From the NCBI GenBank assembly GCA_001244265.2, contig CDLV01000012.1:1054001-1118000 (forward strand): a stretch of 64,000 nucleotides of DNA. Reading direction: 5' to 3'. The notes beneath the pieces were generated by a model, which saw only the letters and a program-made list of their open reading frames with translations, was not told the origin of the DNA and searched no databases. This DNA comes from Microbotryum violaceum (Eukaryota). A program made the translations under genes and the position numbers. The first letter of the stretch is position 1. Each line of letters starts with the position of its first letter. This document shows positions 19,581 through 31,845 of this stretch, piece after piece.

Positions 19581-19944
19581 TGATTCGTAGGGTGGGTAAA
19601 TATGGTACAAGATCAAAGGGAATTCCAATGGGCTCAAATGACGACGCCGGGTCGCGCTCGCTCGCACGATCGGCTTCAGCCTGAGTCGGCTCCATCTGTG
19701 ATCGAAGGCTTGGCTCCGAGGAGACCCTCCCTCGGCCTTCCTCCCATCAAGTCGCTGGGCGGCGGGCGCATACATGCAGCCAACATCATCTCACCTCTCA
19801 GAGGCCTAGGCGAGTCTTCCTCCAATGAAGTGGGGCCAGTGAGATTCATGTTCCACTGGTGCATCTTCCGGGTGCGAGTGCACACTGGCATTCCAATTTC
19901 ATCATCCAACTTTACGGCGCGAGTCGCCACTACTTCGGCCGCGC

Positions 19945-21215
19945 TCACTCATCGCCCCTGAGCTCCGCAATCATCGCGATCAACTTCTCGGTATCATCAT
20001 CCCCGGCTTTCACCCAGACTCGTCCATTCATCCCCACCGCGATCTCAAAGGCGAACTGTGCTCCCAGACGTTCCAATATCGGATGCTTCGGAGAGAGCAG
20101 CCTGCGAGCGAGAACCGATGAGTGAGGGAAGAAGTGATAGTCAGCTCGCGCGGCCCGGGGTGGGAACGAACCGGCCGGTAACCCTATGGAAGAGACGGAG
20201 AGTACTCACGCTCTACACCTTCCGAGCTCAATATGGCGAATTAAGAACCCTCCAGTCAATTCGCCGAAGCCAGCGGCTTTTTGTGTCGCCGCGTCGACGC
20301 AAGATATTTCGGGTTCGGAAAAAGGCGGTGTAGCGAGGAGGTGGCCGTATACAAGCGTTCCAACCTAGAGAAAGCAATTCAAAGTCCGTTTCATCAGTTC
20401 GCGGCCCTAGTTAAGGCGAAAAATACCTTGGAAGACCCTCGGTCACGTACTTTGAGGTTCGGCTTGTTTCGTTTTGTGGCGCCTTCGAAAGCCAGTGCGT
20501 CTAGACTTGCGGCTTGCGATGACCCAATGTCTACTCGATACCCTTCAGCATGCCGTGCAATGATAATCCCAATCACCGGCTCCGGAGCTTGCGGAATATA
20601 CTGCATGATAAAAATCGGGACAAGATTCAAAAGGATGGATCGTTTAGTCAGCTCGCTGTACTGGGCCACAACGTTTTTGTAAAACAAAAAATGTCTGTCC
20701 CCGAATGTACACGTCAAGTCCCGGTTGGAGTAGTCTCCACCGTAGACTCCATGTAGCCCAAGATCATGGCAGCACCCTCGTGCTGCCGAGATTCGCAACG
20801 TCGACGAAGCGTGTCGAGCGCCACCCGGGGCGAGCCAAATGTATATCAATGCGTCTCTCGGTGCGTCCTTGAACTTTGTGTAGCCCATGCTACCCTGCCG
20901 CGGACTAAGTGCTCCAATACTTGCACTTACCCTTCGACTCGTCCCTTCGATCCAGTACTTTTGGCTCTTGTTGTCCTCTTGCAACCCCAGCAAGCCCGCT
21001 CGATTGGCCACGACTTCCTCGTCCTCCTCAACCCCCTCGGCTTCCTTCCCTGGCTTCTCATCCGTATCCATCTCATCAGAGGTCGCTTTGCTTTTGCCCT
21101 TGTGAGATGAGGGGACCACGACGGATTGTATCCCCGGGCCGAGGTGGAACGTCGTTGCGGCTGATGCAGCAGAGGTCGAGGGTACTCGATCGCCAGGTAG
21201 TAGGACTCGAGTCAT
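19945..21215 (-). CDS. RRP40: Exosome cap subunit Rrp40, 4 exons
   Basis: VLLPGD, YRVDIGS, LAFEGATKRNKPNLKVG, GFGEL and FEIAVGMNGRVWV. Confidence 0.95.
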
Positions 21216-23004
21216 GTCTGAAGGTTGAAGTGATTGTAGGCGGAAGTAGAGTGGATTTGAAAAAGGGAGAGCAATAGAGCAAAGTCTGGGCATGCGAAGC
21301 ATCCATGAGGCGCGATGCGCGCTTGGGCCTCTTCCTGGTCGCAGTGGTACGATTCAGCTTCTTGCGCCAAACTCATGCAGTACCATAGCATCTATCCAGA
21401 TAATTTGCACCAGTAAGAAATGCATGAAGACCCCGGCACAAGGTAGAGGACTCATCTCCACCTTCAATGGCTCACATAATTGACCCTCGGGGATCCCTCG
21501 GCAATATTGAGGGTGCTCTTCACAGACAAAGGTATGAATTTGATCGAAATGATGCAAAGTAGTGGGGAAGTACCGGCTTAACTGTCTCTTTTGATGCAGC
21601 CTATTAGTGACAGCGCCGTGGACGTGGAGTTGAAGTCCGGGGCGATTGGACGCGTCACTCGGATCCGAATAGGGGTTATAAAGCCGGCATGTTATGTGCT
21701 TGGCGTGACGACTGAAAGTGGAACATACGAGATATCGGGACAGGGCGCTCTGCTTGAGGCACGATGAACTATACTGACGTGTCCTGTCGTGATGACTCAA
21801 TCTATGGCGTCTCAGCTCGGAGATGAAGCCGGCGAAATCGGATGATCAGGGGATCCTGGAACAGGTCGGTGGTGTTCCTACCCGCCTCGCGTCACGAATA
21901 CAAAGTCAATGAGCCGATTCCCAGTTTATTAAAAGATGCTGGAGGAGTGTGAAGCAGAATCGCCGAGGACGGCTCGACTTCCACGTGATGTGACCGGCGA
22001 GGGCCGCGGGATCCGGAAGCTAAGCAACGGCGCCTGCAGCAACGGTCGAGTTACTGGACTTCGTGACTTCGTGAGGGTAAGATTAACGCCACATGGCACT
22101 GCGCTGCCCTGTTCTATACTCTTCGCAGCCATTTGTGATACTCACAAGCTGTTGAATAAAAGTGAAAGGTATTTAATTATTATATTTGCAGAGGCCCGAG
22201 CAATTGATATTGGTCCCTGCTCCGATCGACCGGTCGGGTCATCTTGAGTACTAGTGACTGGCAAGCTCTCGCGTACCACGACGTTGGCCAGGGTTTTGGT
22301 CAAAAACATCTGAGCCACACAATCGTAGTTGATGGGTCGCAACCATTTTACTTTTGGTCAAGTCGTAGGTGCCACGGATGGAAGCGGATGGAAGCATGCT
22401 TCTCATTGAATCTATGATCGACGCGGGGTGACGGTCGCGTCAGGCCGAAACCGCGACGCGACGCGCGCTCGAGCTCGCCAGCCGAAGACGTCGTGGGCAA
22501 TTGCGATTGCCCTGCGAGGGCATGACGGCCGTCGGAACCGGTGATTAAAGCTATGAACTTGATCTCGCGGTCGATTTGCTACCATGTCCAACGCCATTCT
22601 TGTCCTTCTTCGGGGGAGCCGGGCAAGTCTCCAGTCCCCACGAGAAGGAAAGTCTTCGCGACGGCAGTTTTTCCTCGCTATCCTCCGGAGATTTCGCGTA
22701 GTGCCGACCCCGGCTGTATGTGCAAGTGTAGTTTCATATTTGTATATACAAAGCTTGGACTCTTGCCATACTGTGCACTTCTCCGTCGACAAAACACTGG
22801 TCGACGTTCACGTACCACAGAAAGCTCCGCATCGGCATCGGGCTCTTGCAGCAAATCGAGGAACGGACGGGTCCGAGCGCGACTTCTGCTCCCTTTCAAA
22901 GATCTCCGAGGAGCAAGCACTTCTTCAACCGACTCGCTCGGCACAGGCTTCACGTAAGGCTCCGAAATCTGCACATTCACTTGTCCGACACCACTCGAAC
23001 TGTC

Positions 23005-25258
23005 ATGACCCGACGCTTGCACTCGCCCCAGTCACCACCGACGTCTTCCGTTGCGGCCACTGCGACCAAAGTCGAGCGTGCCCAGACCCACTACGCGAGC
23101 CGAGCACTCCCACGAATTGCATCCCAAATTTCAGATTCAACCCCCACGCGCCCTTCTCGTCGTGCTGTACAGCCCCAAGACTCGCCAAATTCGTACGAAA
23201 ATTGCGGCTACATCGACTTTGGAACTGTAACAAATTGTCGCCGGAGTTTCAATTCCGACGCGTCTTTGCGCAAGTCGACGCGTCGAGCGGCGCCGGCGCG
23301 CTCGTTCAACCCGAAGAGCCGTGCTCTGCCCATCTCAACGGTCTCTGCAACTGCTCGGCCCTCTTCACCTCCGACCGCGTGGGCCTCAGACGCTCTTGCA
23401 CCTCCCTCGCCAATCCTAGCATCCTCATCCCCCTTATCTCTGGGTATGCACCCCGTGCTCGATGGGCCGGCCTCCCTCAGTCGTGACCGGGCTCCGTCGC
23501 CGTCGTCATCGACCCCCTCGCACTTCGCCGACGCGCTCGCAGCTGGCGAATTGTGTCTCTCGCCACAGCGTGCAACGGAGGAGCAGGGCCGGTACTCGTC
23601 GGTCGAGGCGTTCGAACATGACTTTGAGGACGAGTCGCATCCGTTCTTCGACAATGAAGTTTCGCAATTCCTACAGCAACTACAAGCTAACGAGGACGGT
23701 GAATCGCAATTTCGCGACGACTGCTTCGCCGCCGCCACCGAGGAGTCGACCTCGACTTGCGCTGCCTCGACTTCTGGCAGTGTCGGCCGCATGGCTTTAC
23801 CCCAAGTGGCGCGAAAGCAGCTGGCTCTTGCGCAGTCTACATGGAGCCCACTGGAATCGTCGTCAACTGCACTTCCTTTGTGAGTCTAGCACCTCTCGGG
23901 CCCAGGCGTCATTTCATTTCGGACCCCCGCGCTAACGCCGAGCTCGCGCTACTCTGTCTTCTGTCGTGGCCGATAGACCGGTCCGCCTCCACCATACCCA
24001 CTTCCCCGCCTCTCCCCAGACACGACCGCTTGCTCTTCAGCCATCAGTTGGCACCCTGCATGCTCATTCACCTTCGTCGGCCATGCCATTCGATGGAGGT
24101 TCTGACCCCAACGCGTCCTTCTTCGAGACCCCTTTTTTCGACTTCGACATCGATGCGATCCTTACCGCCTACGAAGCCGTCTCGTCCGATGAGGAAGATC
24201 AGAACGAACAGAACGACTACAATATCGACTTGAACTTTACCCCGAGAATGTCGTCCGTCAAGTCCACGGTCCGTCCAGACTCGTCCAAGCGATCAGTCGC
24301 GAGGATTCGCAAGCCGATCTTCCCCTCCCCTGCTCAGCGCGCAAACCCTGACTCTCGCGGTTCTCAAGCTGTCTTCCCGAGCACCGTCACTTCTTTTAAA
24401 CCACATAATTTCTCGAAATTGTCGCTTCAGACGGCCAACCTCAGCCCTGACTCAATTGTCGGCGCTTCCCCTCCTCTGCCCTTGCCGGCGCCTCCGGCCC
24501 ACCACGCGAGCGCCAATGCCTCTGCTAGCCGCTTGTCTCCTGCAACCGCACCCAGTCGCCACTCGACTTTCTCGTCGATTGGGTCTTCCTCGAACGTCTC
24601 CTCCCCCATGTCAACGCGATCGTCCGGCTTCTCTTCGAATGGCAACGGCTCGTTCCGATGGTCGTCTGCGTCGGGCTCGACCGCGCACACGATAGCCGAC
24701 GGTGAAGGGCTTGACGTCTTCGGCCGCTGCTTCCCTTCTCCTGTCAAACGAGGATCCGATGCTTCCGTCTACAGCACCGCCTCCTCCGTGGCTGCGGTCT
24801 TGCCGACGACCGGACCGCCTCATCGTGTGCTCTTGGAAGGTGCAAACTCTGGCGGTGCCATTGTCGATCGACGAGCCATGGCGTGCACCGAGGACGATGC
24901 GATGATGGACTGGCAGCAGTTCGCTGAGGAAATTGGTGCGTCTGAAGAGGACGCGCTCGACACAACGACTCCGTCCGTTGCGAAATCATCCCCACTTTCC
25001 CCGCCGCCTTTCGCTTTCGCCCGAACCGCCGCTGTAGCCGCTGATCGACCTTCCCCCGCTTCTTCGACCTCGACCTTGCCCTTGCCCGGTGTTGTTCCCG
25101 CAATTGATGTTGGTCCTAGATCGCTGGTGAAGAAGATGTCGAGTCTGAGCCTAAAGCGCTTTAAGCGAAGCGTCGTCGGACCCTCGCCCGCAAACCCTCC
25201 TCCGATGCCGCAGTATGCCTCCAACTTGGTTATGATGCATTCCCTGCATTTTTCATAA
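23005..25258 (+). CDS. Hypothetical Ser/Pro-rich disordered protein, 2 exons
   Basis: Two long ORFs are joined by a GT-AG intron (~23880-23977). No recognisable domain. Confidence 0.6.
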
Positions 25259-25530
25259 GACCTTCTATATTTGATTCTGGTAGTGCGCCCTATTGTAGCG
25301 GATAAATTAGACTCCCGTCTTGTAGTAAACCCCTTGTAGCCTCTCACGATATCGGAAAATTTATTCGGAACTTCTCGAATTGGAGTAATTTTCATGTCTG
25401 CCGACTCGATGCTATCTCGGAGAAGGATGTGCTAGACCAAGAGTGATACAGGTAATGATTGCAACATAATAGAGCTGGGAGACCTGATCATTTGTACACG
25501 CCAACGGCGGCAAGATTTGCACAAGGAATT

Positions 25531-26581
25531 TCATAAGCCGTAGACTCTTCTCCCGTCTTCATCGCCTTCGTACTCATCTTGATCCTCGTCGTCATCCTCT
25601 TCCTCTTCGTCGGCGGCGTCACCTTGGTCGCCATCTAGCTGATCCTCGGACCGCGAAGTTGATTCTGACTCGTCCTCCTCGGTCCTTGCCTGTGAGATGT
25701 GATTTGATTGCGTCAGGTCAGGGCCGACTTCCGGCTCAGCCGCGAGCACCGATCTTTTACCACGCCTGCCCACACCTTTTTGTTTCGTCTCTTTCTTCCC
25801 TTTATAACATCGCCATTACCATTCTGGTTCGACAGATCCCCGGTCGTGCTATTTTTCCTCTTCCCCCTCTTGCCCTCCTTGGTGCCCAACGCCCTCCATT
25901 TGCTCAAGTAGATCTTCATCACTTCGGCATAGTTCTCGAAACCCAAACTATTCATGGCGAACAAGAGGTCCTCGCCATTGATCGTCTTCCTCTTCTCGGC
26001 ACTACATCGCTCGGCCGCTTCCGACGTGATGAATGAGATGAACTCGGACGTGCATTCTTGTACAATCTCCTTGGATTCCTTGGAGACTTTGGTCGACGAT
26101 GGGAGGACGCGTTTCATGACCCTTGCGACGTTGGCAATGGGGAGGAAGCGCTGCGGGATGAAGTTGATGGAGGTGAGCGACTAAGTCACAAACAGGAGGA
26201 TCCGGCTCGGGGATCGGCTGGGACCCGAAGCGGGTGAGTCGTGCAGTGGAGTGCCAGAGTGGGTTGCCCCGGGAGCTCGTCCCACAACCCGACGCCAAGA
26301 GGTGGCATGCGACTCACATCTTGCTCCTTGTACCCATCGACATCTTGGTCTGAAATCTTCATTGACGCCGCCTCTGGTTCCTGGCCTTCCAGATCGGGTG
26401 GAAGGTCATCCTGGTCCTCCGCAGCTCGAGGTCGAATATTGGCCCATGCTCTTTGTCGTTGCTGTTGTTGCTGCTGCTGCTCGGGTAACAGCCCAGATTC
26501 GACCGTGGCATCCTCCGTAGTTGGAAGCGATGGTGTTGGTGGCCGCGGTAAGGAGAGTGGTGCGAACGGTGGACTAGCCAT
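25531..26581 (-). CDS. HAP3: CCAAT-binding factor subunit Hap3/NF-YB
   Basis: Histone fold [56 protein letters not shown]. The acidic tail is reached via an apparent 1-nt frameshift at ~25777-25781. Confidence 0.92.
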
Positions 26582-26906
26582 AATCGGTGCTGGGCGAAAC
26601 GGCACAAGTCGCGCGCTGCTCTTGGCACCCGGCGGTGGCGTTGATCGAGCCGGTGAGCCTGGGCGTTGAGGTAGCGCAACGGGCTTCGACGACTGTAAAG
26701 CGTAGATGTCGAGGTCCTTGGGTCGAATTAATCGGAGAGATGCTTCGGCGAGAGCCTACACGGTGAGGAAGGGAGAGGAGAGGAAGCGATCGGGGTGATC
26801 TTCCCGGGCCGCCGCCCGCCAAGGCCTCGGGTCGGCAACTTGTCCCCGCAATGGGCTTTAGGGCGGTCACGGTGGTGATGAGCCATCGTCGCATTAACCC
26901 CATCGC

Positions 26907-26939
26907 TAAATAGTATGTAAATGATACGTAAATAGTATG
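26907..26939. repeat. 11-bp tandem repeat x3 (TAAATAGTATG / TAAATGATACG / TAAATAGTATG) upstream of HAP3
   Basis: Seen directly as an AT-rich island in a GC-rich intergenic region. Confidence 0.75.
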
Positions 26940-28190
26940 TGGTCGGATTCTACTTTAGTTCCATCTTTTACCTTTTTCAACGAACGCATGCCGTCAAATC
27001 CTTCCATCGATACCCCCAGTCGGCGGCCTGCAGCCATGCAGCCCGCTCGCGACATGCACGTTGAAGGCCATGACCATCATACCGCCGCGTGTGCGACGAC
27101 AGAAGGCAAGGCGTGATTTTTTGAAGTAGTCGGCTGAGGCCGGCGGGAGTCCAGACCAATCGCGGTATGAAACCGCTAGACTACTTAAAAAACAAACGTC
27201 AGTGGGAGTAAATCGGGATGGCAAGACACTTGCATACCGTCAGCTGGCAGGGCAGGTCGCGGCGTTGGCCATGCGCGCGGCTACGTCGAATGCGCGGTAG
27301 ACAGCCCTGCACGTGATTTGTACTCATAGTTCAACCAAAAAGGAACCCAGGTGTGAAATATAGATAGCGTGCCCTTTCACATCCCGGATGTGGGGTTTGC
27401 ACTATCGCTAATTATAAGCGCGGATGGCGCATCTCTCTGGAGAAATGACTAGGGAGCGATCGGCGTGATCGAGCACGTGATCGTAGATAGGGGCCGTGTC
27501 GTCATCTGGGCTCTGTCACCACGCGGTGTTGTCGCAAATGAGCCTTCCTCCGTCTACCTTTCACGTAGATCTCACCTTCTGTCCTACCAGCAACTGTCAG
27601 CTCAATACACACACACCTTGTTACGACCCATCGACGGATTACAGGTTAGCTTCGAGTCCGTCGTCGGCACGCCGATTCGAACCACCGGTTTCCGACACGA
27701 CAAAGCTGACAGCTGTCGGTAAGTTGTATGACATGCATCTACTTCTGTGAATGGACTGCCACATCAATGCCATAGCATCGAGGCCAATTCGGAGATGGGC
27801 AGCTGCGGTGGCGCTCACGTCGTGTGACATGTGAGACGCGAAGCCTGTGCCTTGCCGAATGCGCACTTCTCCGAACCGATGGCGCGATATTGTTGCGGTG
27901 CCGACTGACTCCTCGCGGGGGGCGAATTGATGGGCGAAACTCCTTACAATTGAGCATTGCACATCGAGACTGATGATAACAACTAAGGCCTAGGTCGTAA
28001 AACAGGTTTGCGCAAAGTCAGCAGACCATTGCCGAAAAGGATCAAATTTTAGACGACCTTTTACGGTGAGCTAGCGATTATTCATGTCAAAAGAACATTG
28101 CCCCAGATGGACAGGACTGTCGTCAGCTGACTCGGGCGCGCGCCTTTGCCCTTTCCTCCACATCCTCACGCTCTCGGTCGGCGCTTCGTC

Positions 28191-31134
28191 ATGTTCGACG
28201 ACACAGAGATGCCTCCGCCAGCATCCACAATACCGTCTGCATCTGTCTCGACCCACACGGCTTCTGCGCCCGTCCCCATCGCCGCGTCGTCGTCAACGTC
28301 GTCGTCCCACTCGTCGCACCGACTCGCTGATCTCGCACCGGGGGATCACCTCAACTTCTCCTTCTCGCCCAGTTCGCCACCTCAACTCACGTCCTTCCGG
28401 GCCGGGTCGACGTCACACTTTGGACTGCTCGACGATATGAACCGCTCGACAGTGTCCCCTTCGTTATTCTCGGCCGATGCGTCGACCTCGACCGCGACAA
28501 TCGCCCAGTCCATCGCCCACAATCTCGGGCCACCTTCGCCGCCGAGAGGCGACAGTCCCGGGCCGATAGCCATGGACGAGGATGCCGTCTCCACAACATT
28601 GGGTTCTACTCTGTCGAATCAACCCTTGTCCTCATTGGCGCAGTCTCAGCATTCGTCAGCTCAGCAGGCGCACCACTCGACCGTCCCGGCGGTCAGCTCG
28701 GCGGTTAATCGCTCCAGCTCGACCTCGCATTCGAGGACCAGTACGGTTAACCACGAGGATGCCCTGCGACGGGGTCCGCCCGCGGCCGATACTCCCGGAG
28801 GTGATTGCAAGAGTCTATGTCTGAGGCATCAGAGGATGGCCAATGGAGGTACCAACTTGATGCTGCAAAAGGTGCGCACGCTCGAGCTGTTTCCCGTTTC
28901 CCCCTGTCCGGTCCTCCTCACTAAGCAGCGGTGGCGCTCTCTCCTTCTCGGCTTCCTGCCCTTGCTCCCTTCTCTCCTCCCGCAATTTCCACCAACAGTC
29001 GATCGAGAATCTACCCCCGCATGATCAGAATGCCGTCAACACGATCTGGAGTTTGTTCTCGTCATCGCCCTCGAAACGACGACTGCTCATCTTGCGGGGT
29101 CTCCTGACCATTGCCTGTCCGTCGCAACTGTCGTTCCTTCAAGATGCCCTCACTCTCGAGATGCGGCTGGACCCGATCGAACTACTACCCCGTGAAGTAT
29201 CCCTCAAGGTCTTCTCGTACCTCGACGCCATCTCGTTGGGTCGCGCCGCTCAAGTCAGCAAGACATGGAAGCATCTCGCTGACGACGATCTGCTATGGCG
29301 CAACATGTGCGAGCAACACATTGAGCGCAAGTGCGAAAAGTGCGGTTGGGGTTTGCCGCTGCTCGGGGAACGAAGAAGGAAGGCGCGGACCATGATCAAT
29401 GCCTTGCCAGCACATCTCGTTCAGGAGACAGGCGAGACGAGGCGAACCGCAGCGGCAAACCCCGATTCACCGTCGGACAGCGAAGTCGACGCCTCGATCA
29501 TTGCCGCCCACGCTCAGACCCACCATCACGGACCTGAAGAATTTTCGACGCCTTCCACATCGGCGTCGGAGATGGTCATCGACGGTGTCGACTCGCACCG
29601 AGCCAAACGAGCCAAGACCCAATCGCCTGGCCCATCGCGCCCCGCGTCCCCGCGTCCTATCCCGACCTCACCTCGAACTGGTTCTAAGGCACCGCAACGA
29701 CCTGGGGCATTGTCTGCGAACTCAACATCGGTCTCTGCGCCCGTCGTTCCGTCTACACGACCATGGAAGCTTGTCTACTGCGAACGACTCGCGATCGAGC
29801 GCAACTGGCGTCGCGGCCAGTTCGTCTCGACTGTTCTCTCGGGGCACACCGACGCCATCACGTGCTTGCAGGTCGCCGAGGATCTTCCTCACCCTTCGTT
29901 CCCCGTTCTTATGACCGGTTCTTGGGATCGAAGCGTGCGGATTTGGAACCTCGAGACCGGTAGTCAGGTTGGGGTGCTGCGTGGGCATTTGCGAGGCGTG
30001 CGAGCGTTGCAGTTTGATGCGCTTAAGCTCGTCACGGGAAGTATGGACGAGACGCTCAAGATCTGGAACTGGCGTACAGGCGAATGTATGCGCACGCTCA
30101 GGGGGCATCGTGGTGCCGTCATCTGCCTTACGTATGACAAGCAATTGCTCGTTTCGGGTTCCGGCGACACGACGATCCGGGTCTGGGATTTCGGAACGGG
30201 CGAGGTGCAAACGTTGCGAGGACATACCGAATGGGTGAACTCGGTTGCGCTGTACGACTCGAACGCCGAATGCGGCACCGGCGGATCTGCCACACCCAGC
30301 GCCGACGGCGAGCTTGGAGGCGGCCCGACGACGAACCCCGACGCTGCCCGAGCGAGCAGCAAGGGCAAGTATCTCATTTCCGGCAGTGACGACATGACAA
30401 TCCGCGTCTGGGATCTGTACACTCGACAATGTGTGCGCGTCTTGACGGGTCACGTGGCGCAGGTGCAAAGCATCAAGATCACCGTCTCGGATGAGCAACG
30501 CACCCCTGGCTTCCCGGCTTCGAGCTTGAACCCCAAGAACAAGCACCGCAACAGCGACAACAAAGTCGAGGCAAGAGGTCGCATGATGCTCAATGGTCCC
30601 TCGGTATCGCCGCAACGAGATGACGCCGGCTCCTTTACGAGTTCGACGGCCTCAACTTCGTCGTGCAGCTCCAACCGTGAGACGAACGGGCCAGCTTTAA
30701 TGAACGCAGCGACCTGGCAGCAGCAACAGCAACAACCGTCCCAAGCGCATCATCGAGTCGCAGGCCTGTCGCCGAACCCGCAGGTCAAGCTCGACCCGCT
30801 CGAGTTGGCCGACGACAAGAAGCCACTGATCGTCTCGGCTTCACTCGACAACACGATCAAGGTGTGGGATGTTGAGTCGGGTCTCTGTCAACGGACGATG
30901 TTTGGACACATCGAAGGAGTCTGGGACGTAGACGTGGACAAGTTGAGGATCGTTTCGGGCAGCCACGACCGAACGCTCAAAATCTGGGATCGCGATACGG
31001 GAAAGAGTTTGCACACCTTGGTCGGCCACACGAGTGCCGTGACGGCTGTCGTCTTGCAAGATCAATACGTCATCACCGGTGGCGACGATAGTCAAGTTCG
31101 CATTTGGAATTTTGCCCGGTCGAAGGCCGAGTGA
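28191..31134 (+). CDS. MET30: F-box/WD40 sulfur metabolite repression control protein (Met30/SconB/SCON-2)
   Basis: CLRHQRMA, F-box LPREVSLKVFSYLD, the family hallmark MCEQHIERKCEKCGWGLPLL, IERNWRRG and about 7 WD40 repeats. Confidence 0.93.
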
Positions 31135-31845
31135 GGGGTGGAGGAATGAAGGAGGTCTTCGCATGAAGTTCGAGATGTAGTGTAATCGTTTTGTGTTCAG
31201 TTTGGGCCATCCCGCCCGTAGCATCTGTGGTTTTGCGTTCTGCTCCGTCGCTCTTTCGTCCATGTGTGTCTTCCTCGTGTATTATCCCGCCCTTCGTTCG
31301 TTCACTTCGCTTTGGCATGTTTTGATCAGCTCGTCCTTGTGACGGAACACTGCAATCAGTACAGTATTTTCCAGGCTATTTTACACATTTTCGTACATGT
31401 GCTGCTCGCTTGTGACCTTTTGATTGAGCGGGCGAAGCTGGGAGGCTAAAGACGCCCCCTGTCTGATTCGCACAGACCTTGTCGCATAGGCCTCTCGACT
31501 CCTCTACGTTCGCCAGGCTCCACGTCACTTTCGGATATGAATTCAAGCAAAACGCCTTTGCTTTCGCTGCGACTCTAGCCTTCTTGCCCTCGTACACTGC
31601 TCCGTACACCAATCCCAGTTCCCAGTTCCCAGTCCACACTCCTGAAGAATGTCTGAGCACAGTGTGAGTCCCGTGTTCCATCTCTTCTAGTCAGAATTGC
31701 CCCCCTACCCCCTACCCACTCCTCTTCTTCGAGTGCTCTCCGCCTTCGCAAGCGGCTCATCTGCTTGGCTCTTTCCATTGCTGTCGCGAAGTCGAGGCAG
31801 CGGGCCGGGATGCACCCCTTACTCGCCGGTCGATTATCACCACCG

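Noticed and set aside
20690..20845. RRP40 intron RNA as U1, SRP, RNase P/MRP or a guide for 18S CAAGUCUGGUGCC
   Set aside because: Diagnostic motifs are absent. The partial 18S complementarity has non-canonical pocket geometry, so no identity was assigned.
29722..30615. Long antisense ORFs opposite MET30 and other genes
   Set aside because: Shadow ORFs expected from GC-rich codon usage.
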